From the human T2T-CHM13v2.0 reference genome, Homo sapiens, in NCBI RefSeq assembly GCF_009914755.1, contig NC_060935.1: 64,000 nucleotides of DNA, one strand, 5' to 3'. The notes under the pieces are model-generated. The model worked only from the letters and a program-made list of their open reading frames with translations, searched no databases and was not told where the DNA came from. Below are positions 28,160-46,251 of the stretch, in pieces. Each line of letters opens with the position of its first letter. The first letter of the stretch is position 1. The translations under genes and the position numbers were made by a program.

Positions 28160-28708
28160 GTCAACATGCTATTTGGAGGGGAGAAATATCCCGACTATAT
28201 CAAGGGCATGTTTGGTGTATTATCTCCTGGTGTTTTTTCTCATTCAGATTTTCCTTTTATTTGAGAGACTTTTTTCTTCTGTGCCTTGCACTTCTAGAAG
28301 GTAAGGGAGAGTGTTAGTCCATGCGTTGAGGATAGAGAATTTGAAAGGAAAGATCAAACTGTTTTTTCTTTCTCACAGTCAACACAGAACATTTCTGTGA
28401 CCAGATATGTGGGGTTTTCTCCCCACACACCAAGAAGTTCTCCAGTGGACACAAACTGGGTGTCTTATAATTCAATTTAATTCTGGCACCTTCTGCCTGG
28501 AGATGGTGTCAGATTCCACAGGTTCAGGGCTCAGTCCTCTAAGATTGCCCCCACTTCAGATGCCAATCACAAGTTAGAGCTACCTGTACTTTTTCTTTTT
28601 TTATTTTTTCTCTATCTGCATGTTGCATCTGAGATCTATACTTCTGACCAACCAACTATAAACCAGAGTTCCCGACTCCCTTTTAGGGTTCGATTAATTT
28701 ACTAGAGC

Positions 28709-29532
<824 letters not shown>

Positions 29533-29630
29533 GAGCTGCTCACAGAATTCAGAGAAACACTTATGTTTATAGGCTAATAATAAAAGATATTAAGGATACA
29601 GATCAATAATGAGATGCAGAGGTACATAGG

Positions 29631-31019
29631 TGTAGATGAAAAAAGTCAAACTCTGTAAAATATTTAAAGAGGTTTATTCTGAGCCAAATACAAGTGACTA
29701 TGGCCCAAGGCACAGTCCAAGGCATCAAGAGGTTCTGAGAACATGTGTGCAAGGTGGTTGGGTTACAGCTTGGTTTTACACATTTTAGGGTGATGTAAGA
29801 CAATAATCAATACATGTGAGGTATATATTGGTTTGGTCCAGAAAGGTTGAACAGTTCGAAGCTGGGGGCTAGTGTTACAGGTCATTGGTGGATTCAAAGA
29901 TTTTCTTTTTTCTCTTTTTTTTTTTTGAGATGGAGTCTTGCTCTGTCACCTAGGCTGGAGTGCAGTGGCACGATCTCACTCACTGCAACCTCTGGGATTC
30001 AAGAGGTTGATCCCCTCCCAGGTTCAAGCATTCTTCTGCCTCAGCCTCCTGAGTAGCTGGGGCTACAGGTGTGCGCCACCACACCCAGCTAATTTTTGTA
30101 TTTTTAGTAGAGATCGGGTTTCACCATATTGATCAGGCTGGTCTTGAACTCCTGACCTTGTGATCCACCCGCCTTGGCCTCCCAAAGTGCTGGGATTACA
30201 GGCGTGAGCCACTGCACCTGGCCCAGATTCAAAGATTTTCTGATTGGCAAGTCAGAAAAGAGTTAAGTTATTATCTAAAATCTGGAATCAGTAGAAAAGA
30301 GTGTCTGGGTTAAGATAAGGGGTTGTGGAGACCAAAGTTCTTATTATGTAGATGAAGTCTCCCACATGGCTGCCCTTAGAGACAATGGATGGCCAGTATT
30401 TTGTATTCAGACCTTTAAAAGGTGCTAGACTTTCAGTTAATCTCTTCAGGATTAGGAAGGTCTGGAAGGGGAAAAGTCTAGTTATGTTAATAGAGATTCT
30501 TTACAGATGCAAATTTTCCCCACAAAAGATGGCTTTGCAGGGCCATTTCAAAATATAACAAAGAAACATATTTTGAAGTAAAATATTTCAACTTCCTTCT
30601 TTATCGTAATATTATGCTAGAGTCAGGTTGGAATTTGTTGTCTTATTGCAACATAGTCTGTTTTGCCACTCTTAAGATTTCTGTTTTGGCCAGGCATGGT
30701 GGCTCACACCTATAATCGCAGCACTTTGGGTGGCTGAGGTGGGAGGATCACTTGAGCCTGGGAGGTTAAGGCTGCAGTGAGTTGTGACTGCACCACTGCA
30801 CTCTAGCTTGGGCCTCAAAAAAAAAAAATTCTGTTTTCATGTTAAAGCTGGTCAGTTGTGCCTGAGCTCCACAAGGAGGAGAGTATAATGAGGCATGTTT
30901 GAGCCCCCACGTCTTTCCATGGCCCGAATTAGTTTTTTTTTTCTTTGGGTCCCCTTGGGTCTCCTAAAGTGGTGTCCATTCAGTCAGCTGGGGGTTTTAG
31001 AATTTTAGCTTGGTTTACA
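29631..31019 (-). mobile_element. MER4-family LTR containing an Alu (29905-30224, minus) and a FLAM (30689-30828, plus)
   Basis: tgtagatgaaaaaagtcaaactctgtaaaatattt...tttattctgagccaaat...ggtttaca; TSD tagg/cagg; Alu TSD gattcaaagattttct. Confidence 0.8.
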
Positions 31020-31638
31020 CAGGGCAAGGTATTGCAGGGGGTTAGATGGGGCATGGATCTCCCGTGTTCACCCTGGACACACCACCCTCCCAGCACCTGC
31101 ACGAGTTCAGCAACCCAGAAGCTCAGCAAAGCTCCATGTCCAAGAGTTTTCATAGAGCTTGATCTTCAGCCACACCTCCCTCTCTCTTTTCCTGGAAGTT
31201 TGTAGGTGGAGCTGAGAGATCCAACCTTCTAATCCTCTAGTCACTTGGTCTTTCTTGGTCCTTCCTCCCCATCTTGAGGCTCCCCAGGGGCTGTATCCTA
31301 AGTCATTTTCTTAGCATAAACTCAGGTATTATCTATGGGGCTCATTACAAATAACAAGAGACACTTCTGTCACTCAGGAAAGTCCAAGGGTTTTAGGAGT
31401 TCTGGGACAAGAACCAGGAAAGGACCAAATATATTTCATCTCATACTACAGGAAGTCTGTGAAATAAGGAGGAAGGTACATTTCTGAAGCACTATTTCTA
31501 GAGAAGGATCAGGCTGAGATGCTTCTCCAAAGTGGGAAGAGTGTTGTCAGGTATTTCTGCCACTTAACCTTGTCGTGTTCTTTTGCCCGCAGGAATGTCA
31601 GTGAGTGCCAGGCTGACCCCTCAGAGCAATCTGCCTTA

Positions 31639-32203
<565 letters not shown>

Positions 32204-32290
32204 CCCCAGGAAAGAGGATTGGTTGCACTGTCTTTCTTGGTTATATCTTTTTATGTTTTCAAGACATACTATTGGGAAAGTTCTACCTAA

Positions 32291-32875
<585 letters not shown>

Positions 32876-33130
32876 TAGAGGTTAACAGAGAGGACAGTCG
32901 CCTGCCCATTCAGAAAGTTCTCAGAACACTGAAAATTTCTCTCTCTCTGAAGTGCCTTCTCCATGCTTGGATTGCTTCTTAAAATGCCTTTTGCTTCACT
33001 GCCAGAGAGATGCGACTGAAAATGCAGATAACTCAGGAGAGGTAATTCTCACGATTCATCAGACACTTATTGTGCGCTTACTGGGAACCTGGCACTGTTG
33101 CTGTGTGCTTGGGATACAAAAATGGATGCA

Positions 33131-33346
33131 AGCTGGGCATGGCGGTGTGTGCGTGTAGTCCCAGCTACTTGGGAGGCTGAGGTGGGAGGATAACTTGAGC
33201 CCAGGAGTTTGAGACCAGCCTGGGTGACAGAGTAAGACCCTGTCTCGGAAGAAAGAAAGAAAAGAAAAGAAAGGAAAGAAAGAAAAAGAAAGGGAGAAAG
33301 AGAGAAAGAGAAAGAGAGGCAAGAAAGGCAGGAAAGGCAAGAAAAG
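33131..33346 (+). mobile_element. FLAM with GA-rich tail
   Basis: Monomer to about 33246, then polypurine tract. Confidence 0.85.
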
Positions 33347-34393
33347 ATGGTTACAGATGTCCCTTCCATTGGGGAGCTCCCAATTGAGTGTGTGGGAGAT
33401 CACTATGTAAAAGTTAATTTCAGTGGCATATGGCATTCAGACTAAAGCATGAAAAAAAAATTGATCTGAGGACAGGATCTGCTGGGTGGGAGAGGAGAAG
33501 AGGGGCTTAGGGCCTTGATTTTACCAAATCTTCACCTATTTCACTCACACTCAGCTGCCACCTGTCAGCACCTGTTTCTGTCAGACAGACGGGTCTCTCA
33601 GAGAATCCAGTCATCCTGGTAGATGGGATTTGTGAAATTATTTCCACCTTCAGAAAAACTGAGAAGTCTAGGGCCATGAAGCTGGTCAGTGACAGAGGTG
33701 GATCTAGAATACAGGTCTCCGGCAACCAGAACAAGGGTTCAGTTTACTATGTTTCTCAGGGAGCCCATATTCATCCAGGAAGGAGCCGTATCTTCAGGCA
33801 GTGAGTCATGACGCTCAGGCTGGGCCCCTCCATCTGTGGGGACAGGGTGACAGTTTTTCCTAGGACGACTGCCCCAGCACCAGTCCTAGAGACAGGCTGA
33901 GGCAGCATGGGTTGGAGGCTCTGGTTCTGCTAATTTTCTCGCTGTGTGGTCCTGGGCAGATTACTCACTCTCTCTGGGCCTCAGTGAGATTATAAAATGG
34001 AGAGTGTACATTTCTGTTTCATCTTGTTAGACAAAATTAAGCACATGTGTCTGAAGAGTTATGCTAATGCATATATTAGTTTACAAAAGCAAAGACATTT
34101 GTGCCTATCTATGAGGCCTCCAAGTCTGCTTCTCTGGTTAGTGGAGGCTGGAAGAGTGATTTATTCCTTCTTTGGTTATTTATGAGATGTTGCTTTTCTG
34201 ATCTATTGATGGGTGCTGAAAAACTGCCTGTAAACCTAGTTTGTTTTTTTTAACCTCCCACAATAGTTATCTTAACCTAGTGTTTATAGTTTAAGGGCTG
34301 CTCTCATCTGTATGTCCCTTCAGTGTTGGCCTGCTTAAGATTCCGACTCCAGGTTTCTTCTTTTATATATGTATTTAAAAAAAAAGAGAGAGA

Positions 34394-34861
34394 GAGAGAC
34401 AGGGTCTTGCTATGTTGCCTAGGCTGGTCTCAAACTGCTGGACTCAAGCAATCCTCTTGCCTTGGCCTCCCAAAGTATTGGGCTTCCAGGTGTGGTCCAC
34501 AGAGCCTGGCCCCAGGTTTCTTCTTATTTCTCCTCCTTTTCCTCCTTTTACCCTTTCTCTCGCTCACTCTCTTTCTCACCCTCCCCCTTGTACTATTTTT
34601 TTATTATTTTTTTTTGAGGCAGTCTTGCTCTGTTGCCCAGGCTGGAGTGCAGTGGCCCAATCTCGGCTCACTGCAACCTTTGCCTCCTGGGTTCAAGCGA
34701 TTCTCGTGTGTGCCACCACACCCAGCTAACTTTTGTATTTTTGGTAGAGACGGGGTTTCGCCATATTGGCCGGGCTGGTCTCATACGCTTGGTCTCAAGC
34801 AATTCGCCCGCCTTGGCCTCCCAAGTGCTGGGATTACAGGCATGAGCCAGCATGCCCAGCC
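34394..34861 (-). mobile_element. FLAM (34394-34514) and internally deleted Alu (34596-34861)
   Basis: Alu lacks the cctcagcctcccgagtagctgggattacag segment. Confidence 0.85.
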
Positions 34862-35930
34862 TCCACTTTCTACTTCTAAATCCATATACTGTCCTGGGGC
34901 GATTTCATCCATTCTCTTGGCTTTAATTATTCCTGTCTGAGACCTCATATTTTTCCTGGGCCTTAGGCTTATACCTCCACCTGACTAATGGGCAGTTCCA
35001 CTGCGATGTTCTTCAAAACTCAGCTTGTCTTTTTGTAATTGAACTCATTATTTTTCCCTTCAAACCAGTTCCCTCCATTCTGTTACTTACATTGGGGCTT
35101 GGTACTTTTTGTTTTCACGAGGCTTCTCTCCCTCCAAGCAAATGTTCCTCAAGCCTGCCTTCTCAGCTCCATCACCATAGCCGGCTCTCACGTGTATTAC
35201 ACAAGCATCCTGACTCCATCACAGCCCCTCTCCTGTGCTTCTTCTCTCTGCAGCCAGAAAGGTCTTCATAACCTCACTTCTGTTCCCCTCCTGCTTCATC
35301 CACCTGCTGCTCTTGTGTGCTCTGCCTCCAGCCAGTCTGACCTTTTAGTTCCATGAATGGGATGCTCTCTTATTTCCAGGTTTCATCAACGTTGTTCCGT
35401 CAGACAGAATTCCTTTTTCATAACACTGACCTACTTTGCCACCGTAAGGCCTTTTCGTTTGTTTAGTTAGCCTTTCCTCTAGGGAATGGTTCTTGACTGA
35501 GGTCTTCATTATGTCTGTGTTTCTGAAGCATCCTGCACTGGAGTGTGATAACGTGCTCGCATTGTATCGTTTATTAGATCCTACACACTGAAGGCAGAGT
35601 TTATTTTATTCAGTGTTTGTTTTATTCAGTGCCTGCTAAGCTCTTTGCATGGAACATGGTAGGAGCTCAGTAAGCATGTGTTTAGGGAATGAATGAATAA
35701 TCAAATGATGAAAGCCTCTAAGGAAATTCGATTTTCATGGAATTCTACGATAAATCATTTTGCAAAGCAAGGAGTCCTCTTGAAGCTGAATAATTACCCC
35801 TTCATATGCCATTTATGTAAATCTGTACTATTATGTATTGGCTTGTTTGTCTGTCTTTAACCTGTTGGTTTCTGTTCTGGTTTTAACTGGGTTCTGAGTC
35901 TTTAGTAAGTGCCCAGAGAGCAGACACTGC

Positions 35931-36366
<436 letters not shown>

Positions 36367-38209
36367 AGAGACTGCCGTTCTAAAGGTAGTCTCTATTCAG
36401 GGGAGCCAAACTTGGCATAGTTAGGTGGAGAGTGATCAGTCTTTCCCAAAATGAGGTTCCAGAGAGCACAAGCACATTGGGAACAATATTTTGTTTGATG
36501 GTGGACCCAGGGCCCTGGTATAGTCTGCAAACAGCAGTTAGGTTTTTTTCCCCACCAAAGACCCATAACAGTTTTGAAGAGCATTTATTTTTGGAGCTGT
36601 GGTTGCCATGGTAATGCAATACTTTTTCTCGTCTTCTGATTCCAGGTCAGGGCAACAGTTGTTCCTCCTGCAGGGGAAGAGGATTTTGGAATATATGCAT
36701 CCTTCCACCTTTTTTCCCCAACTAACTAATCCAACAAACATTTATTGAACATACACTACATGCCAGATACCGTTCCTAACACCAGGAATAATAGTGAACA
36801 AAATAGAGTCTGCCCTACAGGGGCTTCTCTAGTGGGGTAGAGAGACTGTCAGCAAATTATCAGTGCAATATTGGTCCCTATTTGTTTAAAAGCGAATTAT
36901 TTGGCCACATCACTGAAAGGGAATTAGTTTGTTTTCTAAAATTTGGAAATCAAGAGTTGTAAAAGAAGTGTCTTCCATACTGCTTTGAAGAGCGATATGG
37001 GAGCGGGGAGGAGCTGGTGGCTAAATGTGGGAAGCTGACTCTCTTCCCACTGATAGTGGGACTTCATTGGATTTGTGTGGGCACTTTGGAATGCAGATGC
37101 ATTTGGTGCTCTGACATCATCTAAGACCTTGGGAGATGACAGGATTAAGCTGGGTCTCTCTGCAGCTGTCAGATGTCAAAGCTGTTGCTCTTCTGGTGTT
37201 TGTGGGAGTCTCTTGGCACTAACAGAAGCCAAGAGCCAAAGAGCTGCCAGAAATGGCCCTTTATTATCCAGTGTAATGAAAGCCTGGAAAACAGGCAGGG
37301 AATGCCATTTATTAAGCTACCACAGAGTGCGGTACCTTAAACTGGGCTCCAAGAAGGAAGGTAGAGAGGAAAGAGGGGGTACTGATACCTGCTGTTGGGA
37401 GCGTCCCATCAGGGTGGCAGAGAATGGCACTCACAAGGACACAAATGAAAATGATGCAGACAATAGCAATTTATCACAATCTCTTAATTTGAGTAGCACT
37501 TTACCTTTTCAAAACAATTTACCAGGCCATGGGCTCTCCCACGGAAGGGACAGGGTATAATTATTCTTTGTGATTGCTGTAGCACTGGCACACACCAGGA
37601 TGTCCAGTGACAAGCGTATGGCATGACAATCTATTACCTCATTTGTTCCTGCATCCTGTGGGGCAGATGTAATGAGTAGACCCACCTGGCACTTAAGGAA
37701 ATGGGGATTCTGAAATATGCCCACATCCATACAGCTAAGTAATGCTAGAAACCAGACTCAAAAAGAGGTTGTGTCATGTCACTTTTAATTTAGGGCCCTT
37801 TCTTTGTTGTACCATACGTGTGTTGTATCTGACATTATACTGAGGCTTATGGATACATGCTGACAGTGTGGGTAATTCAAATCCACAGGAAATGAAACAT
37901 AAAGACCAAACATTTTAACTAGCAGTTTCGGTGTGCTCCACTGTTTGAAAGCAGCAGCTTCTGTGAACAGCTTTGACTGGATTTTACCTCCCCTGCTCCC
38001 CTTCCCATTTGGAGGGACACATTACACAGTCAGGCTGCCAGAGAGAGGAGAGTCCAAATCCCGCCAGCCAGCACTTGTTGCTTGGCTGCTATGTGCTGGC
38101 CACTGAGGTGTGGCTGGCTTCTTCTCTTGAAAGATGTAGTCTAGTTTATTTATTATTCATTCATTTGTTTGACAGCAGATTATATATATATATATGTATG
38201 GTGGTGTTC

Positions 38210-38475
38210 TCTCGCCCAGGCTGGAGTACAGTGGCATGATCATAGCTCACTGCAGCCTCTAAATCCTGGGCTCAAGTGATCCTTTTGTCTCAACCTCCTG
38301 AGTAGCCGGGACCACAGGCACGTGCCACCATGCCCAGTTAATTTTTTAGATTTTTATAGAGACAGGGTCTCACTATGTTTTCCGGGTTAGTCTTGAACTC
38401 CCAGCCTCAAGAAATTCTCTTTCCTTGGCCTCCTAAAATGTTGGGATTACAGATGGGAGCCACTGCACCCAGTCC
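38210..38475 (-). mobile_element. Alu (AluJ-like)
   Basis: TSD gacagcagatt. Confidence 0.9.
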
Positions 38476-38637
38476 GACAGCAGATTTTTTTGACCATCCG
38501 TTAGGCAGTCAGTGCAAGTAATTGTGAACAAATGTAAAAATTTAAAATGTGACAGTCAAGTCCAACAGAGCTTAAAGGAAAAACATATAATAAAAATGTG
38601 ACAAGTGCATCTAAGAAGAGGACAGCAGTAACTGTTA

Positions 38638-39156
<519 letters not shown>

Positions 39157-39667
39157 CTAACCAGGCCTTTTGCTTCTCTTCTCCCTTTTTGCCAGATGTA
39201 GAACCACCAGGCTTCCCTTTCATTTCTCCAGGAAAGAAGGGGTAGGGAAGTGAAAGTTCGGTCTTGTGTTTCACAGGCACCACTGAAGTAAAGAATTCAA
39301 TATTTAGATAATTTTGTGTTACTTTCAGTGCATTTTTCTGACCTTGTTCCTCATAACCATGGAGAATCTAGAGTTCTAGAGCATTTTACCTTAATTAATG
39401 ACTAGTTTAAGGCCTTTTTGGGTGGCTAGTTTGGAAATGACTCATATTCATGGTCTTGATCAGTTCAACAGTATCCTTAGAAGGTTAGGAAGAAACAATT
39501 GTCAGTGTGCAAATAACTCCAAACCTCTAATCCAGCTTAAATTGAAAAATACAGTGGAATATATACATGCAGAAACATAAACGTTTTCTAATAAATATAT
39601 GTATATATCTAATACACATCAATATATATTAAATATAAGTATATATGTATATGCAAGTATATATATC

Positions 39668-39956
39668 TTTTTATTTTAAGACAATCTCACTCTGTCATCT
39701 AGGCTGGAGTGCAGTGGTGCAATCCTGGCTCACTGCACCCTCTGCCTCCTGGGTTCAAGCAATTCTCATGCCTCAGCCTCCCAAGTAGCAGAAATTACAG
39801 GCACGCGCCACCACACACAGCTAATTTTTGTATTTTTAGTAGAGACGGGGTTTCGCCATGTTGGGCAGGCTGGTCTTGAACTCCTGACCTCAAGTAATCC
39901 TCCTGCCCCAGCCTCCCAAAGTGCTGGGATTACAGACATGAGCCACCGTGCCTGGC
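39668..39956 (-). mobile_element. Alu (AluS-like)
   Basis: Full dimer in a (TA)-rich context. Confidence 0.95.
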
Positions 39957-41615
39957 AATATATAGGTATGTATTTTTTAAACCTGGATATTCCTTAGGGC
40001 AGGCTAAGTACTTTTTGGTCCTGGAATACTGACTCAAATTTCAGAAAGAAATTTTAATTTGCCTGTTGCATATGATACTTGTTTTAATACCAGCAATTGG
40101 ACTCAAACCTATGCACCTCAGGGAGATTTCTGGATCTTGCCTGTTTTATTATAGGGGAGGACAAAGTAAACCCAAAGAGGGCTGAGCAATGGAGCATCTG
40201 AAGTCCCAGGTCGCTACTGATTGTGAATTCGAGGGTGATCAGGGACAGCTAAGAAACAGAAATGTGTTTCTATTTCTTCCAAGGCTCTGTATCTTTGTAA
40301 AATCCCGTTGATAATGGCCCATGCCAACACTGTTCCTCACCTATCCCCACCTCTAGCAAGGCCAGGGTAAATACTTTCCCAGCAGCTGAGTGTGACTTTT
40401 ATCCTGGTAATAATTTCAATCCTGCTTCCATGGAGTAAAATTCCAGACTGGGACAAGCGTTCTTTCCGCAGGCAGCTTTGCATCATCAGCTTCCTCTTAC
40501 ACACATTGGTCATCATGATAATACCTACCTTGAAGACTGGTTTGCAGATGAAATAAGATAAGGCATCTCTCCAATTTCCTGACATCCTGTAGATACTCAC
40601 TTCCTGGTTACTTCCTTTGTCCCTCTCCCCTTTAAATTTAAGAGAAGGAGGTGTTTTCATATGGGTGTCATTTGGGGCCAAGCTTATCTGATCTGAAGGA
40701 CAGGCCCCAGGGCTTGCGTTGTTTTTTCGTCATTGCCAGGCACCTTTGCTGAGTCATTTGGGGTTGGCAGACCTGGAAAAGACAGCGGTTTAGAGAGTGG
40801 TTAGTGCCGTGATCAGCCAACGCAGGCTCTATTGTCTGTTAGTATTTCCTGGTGCACTTTTGGAACCTGATCTGCCCTTCTCATGGTTAAGGGCAGGGGA
40901 TGAGTAACTAGCCATGGGGATGTTCTGCATATCTTGCCTTGTGCTGAATTTCCTATAAAATGGCTTCATGAAACTTTGATGTCAGCTTAAGCAGTACTGC
41001 CACCAGGCTCTGCGGAGGGCCCTAAGTGAATAGAGGGCAGCAGTGTCTTCCAAATTTGAAATGAGTGACAGTGGGTTATAATTAGGGGAGAAGATGCTCT
41101 TGATGCTACTGAGAAGATACAGAGTGAGAACTTTTCTTAGAAAAGTCTGAGGTTGTAAAGAAGAACCAAGGTAAGATTTAAAGATTGCCTCTGAGAGATA
41201 GGAGACATATGTGGGAATAGGACTGGTTTTACATGTCCCCTAAAATGCTTATTCCATCTTTAGTGAGGCTGTATTTGTGGGACTAGGTGCATGTAATTCT
41301 TATGTTTAAAGAAATGCTTTAACTTGTTATATCTGAAGGATGTTTTATGAGCACTTAGTCTTTTACTAGTTTTGTGATGTTTTATCCCCATCAACATCAA
41401 TGACAAGTATTGTTTGAATATGTACTTCATGTAAGATGTATAAGAGCCCTACTTAATATTTAGGGAAGTAGGAAATTGAACATTTAAGTCTATTTTTTGC
41501 CCAACATATAGAGATGAGAGGGAAAAATATTTGATTAAACTATAATCTTTGTGTCTATTATGACTAGGTAGAGATTCCTTAGGATGAACTAAAATCAAAA
41601 CAGATTTCACTAGAA

Positions 41616-41767
41616 TTTATTTTTATTTTTTGTTTTATAAAAACGAGGGTCTTACTATGTTGTCCTAGCAACATAGTAAGGAGTCTCGAACTCCTGGGCT
41701 CAAGTGATCTGCCTTCCTCGGCCTCCCAGTGTGCTAGGATTACAGGCATGAGCCACCGCGCCTGGCC
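41616..41767 (-). mobile_element. FLAM
   Basis: Single monomer. Confidence 0.85.
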
Positions 41768-42224
41768 AGATTTTACAAGAATCTGCTTGTGAATTCCCTT
41801 CAAAATTAAAATTACACTGGAACCCCTTCTGATGATATGCATTCCACTCAATTGATCATTCATCCTCTACTTGCTATCGAACTGCTGCGCTCACCATGCA
41901 ATACGGCATAGTTTGCAAAGCCACGGACTCTGGAGTGATCTGCATGGATTCTGTCCAGGCTCTGCCACTTACTCTCTGCCCTTAACATATTTTTTAGCTT
42001 TTTTGAGGCTACATTCTTCAGCTTTATTGTCTTTATAACACTTTGTACTTCTGAAATTATCATCTTCTTTTATTTTTCTCTGTTGATGATCTGTCTCTCA
42101 TTTCTGCATCCCTTCTGCTAAACCATAAGAATTTGAGGTCCTTGAGAGCAGGGACCTTTGCCCCATCTGTTTATTACTGTGTTCCCAGTGGTTAGAAAAC
42201 AGCCTGGCATATAGAAAACACTCA

Positions 42225-42541
<317 letters not shown>

Positions 42542-42833
42542 CACACTCAACAATGGCATATCCATTTTATAGAATGAGCAACTGTTAACAGTTATCCTTC
42601 TTGTCAGCAGAAGCACCAGAGGGTTAAGAAAAAAGTTTCAGATGCCTTCTCTGCCCACCAGGAGTTTGACATTCTTGTTCTCTAAGGGCAGCATTGGTGT
42701 TGTGGAAAGAGCCCCGAGAGTCAGCAAACTCGAGTTTTATTCTTTGCAGTGCTACTAAATACCTCTGTGACTTTACACTTGTCATTTACCTTCTTTGGGC
42801 TGTTGGTTTCCTGTTTGAAAAAGAAAAAATTGG

Positions 42834-43490
<657 letters not shown>

Positions 43491-44051
43491 TTATCCCTCG
43501 AATCCCTTCCTGCTGTGAAGTATCGGCTCATGATTTTATTAATAAAATTAGAGATTGTTATAAAATGATAACCTGGAAAGAGAGTAACAGTTAAAGGACA
43601 CACTTATCAAATGAGCATACAGGAAGTGAACCAGGAAGCCACATTTCTGTGTCTCTGTTAGCTGCCTCTAAACCACGTTTGTTCTTAGACTGCTATTCTT
43701 TCCCCACTGTCCAGCCAGCGTCAGCCTACCCTCGTGGTTTAGTTCACGTGTTTTAGAATAGCCAGCAACTCCCTTCTTTCTCAATCTTTGTGTCTTCCAC
43801 TTAGCCTTCAAACAGGCTTAATGGAAGATTTCTTAGCTTAGCGTCATGGGACTTTTAAGGCTAGACAGGGCCTATGTGATTGTCTAGCACACTCTGTTCA
43901 TTTTACAGATAAGCAAACTGAAGTTCAGAACAATGGGGCAACTTGCTCTGTGTTCTACGGAGTCCATGACAGAGTCAGTGCTGGACCCAGCCTTATGAGC
44001 CTGGCTCTGGTGCTATTGCTCCACTGTGCTCCGTGCTCTATTTTCCACATA

Positions 44052-44375
<324 letters not shown>

Positions 44376-44429
44376 TGAGTACCACTTTATGCATGACTCC
44401 ACGATAAGTGCGTATGTATGCTACACAGA

Positions 44430-44910
44430 ACCTAGTTGGAGTTCTGAGAGAGAGAGAGAGGAGAGGGGAGGGGATTAGGGGAATTGGCTTACATGATTAT
44501 GGAGGCTGAGAAGTCCCACAACACACCGGAGACCCTGGGATGCTGGTAGCGTGGCTCAGTCCAAGTCTGCAGGCCTCAGAACCAGAGAAGCTGATGTTGT
44601 AACTCTCGGTTTGAGGCCAAAGGCCTAGAACTCAGAGAGCCACTGAGGGACAGAGAGAGGAAGAATATAATCCAACTCTGGCAGTTCCATTCACATATTC
44701 ACCTTTTCTCAGTTTTTGTTTTCCAGGCCCCCAGCAGAATGGATGGTGCCCACTCACAATGAGGGCGGATCTTCCGCACCTAGTCCACTCAGACTCACAT
44801 GCTGATCTCTTCTGGCAACATCTTCACAGACACGCCCAAAAATAATGCTTTACCGGGTTCCTAGGTAGTCTTTAATCCAGTCAAACTGACACCTAAAATT
44901 AACCATCACA
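44430..44910 (-). mobile_element. MLT2 (ERVL) LTR
   Basis: Reverse complement starts tgtgatggttaattttaggtgtcagtttgactggattaaa; (GA)n and gattatggaggctgagaagtcccac. Confidence 0.85.
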
Positions 44911-45593
44911 ATTACCTTCTCACTAAAATCAATCTGAGAAGAAAATGGTCATAAAGAATTTGATGCAAATCCCTTTTTTGATTTATAGGATGAACAGTAT
45001 CCTAGATAAGGAAACAGTGAAAGGCTGTTTTGTTTTTTTTTTTTTTCCCCTCCTCTTCATACTCCCCAATGTGAGTAATGGGCAAAAAATTCCAGGAGAA
45101 TGGGAGCATTCTGAGTGATAAGAACAAGTATCTCTCAACATGTAGAGTGTGTGTACGGGTGGGTTATTTTCAAATTTCAAGTCTGCAAATGGGTAGTTCC
45201 AGGTATGGCTTGGTGATTGAAGTGGAGGTTCTTTTGGGGCTAGTCCTTTGTGCTCCTGTAATTTCCCCCCAACTCTGAGTCTGAGCTCAGTGAGAACAAT
45301 CACTTTAATGCTTAATGCACACCGTAATACACAGCGGAGTTAACAGAATATTCAGACAATCACAGACACAATGGCCTTCCTAGCCATGAGTTTGGAAAAG
45401 TGTTTCTAGGAGCTTGTTGTAGCAGAGGCTGTGTAGATGACAAAGAACATGCACTGCATTGTAGATGGGTTATAGTTATGGTGACCAGCCCTTGGAGTTA
45501 GGGCAGATTGGGGTATTTGATTGCAAAGAAATAAGACACTTCTATATATTTTTTTTTAATTTGCTGATCATGGGAAAATCTTCATGAACCCTT

Positions 45594-45893
<300 letters not shown>

Positions 45894-46251
45894 ATATTCA
45901 TGATTTAAAGGAATTGAAGATAAAAGAATTGAGTTTGATAAAAAAGAGAGAGAAGAATATTATTTTCTTCAAATACTGACTTTTAAGTGAGATAGTGTGC
46001 AAAAAATCCATATACTAGGTACTCAAATACCTGTTAGTTGACCCTTCCCCTATGATGTGAACTGGTTATTCACAACTATCTTTATACTTTAAGTCCTGTT
46101 CCTAAACACACACTGAGGTTCTGGAGGGCAGGGCTGGGTCTTAGGTAAATTTGTTCTGCTACCTTCTCACTGGACACCTGGCTCACCCAAAGCTTGCCTC
46201 TCATCTGTTTTCTGTGTACAGATTGCCATTCAAAAAGTGTTTTCTGAGTGA

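Noticed and set aside
40950-41176. TATAAAA at about 40954 and donor AAG|GTAAGA at 41170/41171, a possible lncRNA first exon
   Set aside because: Short motifs alone are not enough to call a transcript.
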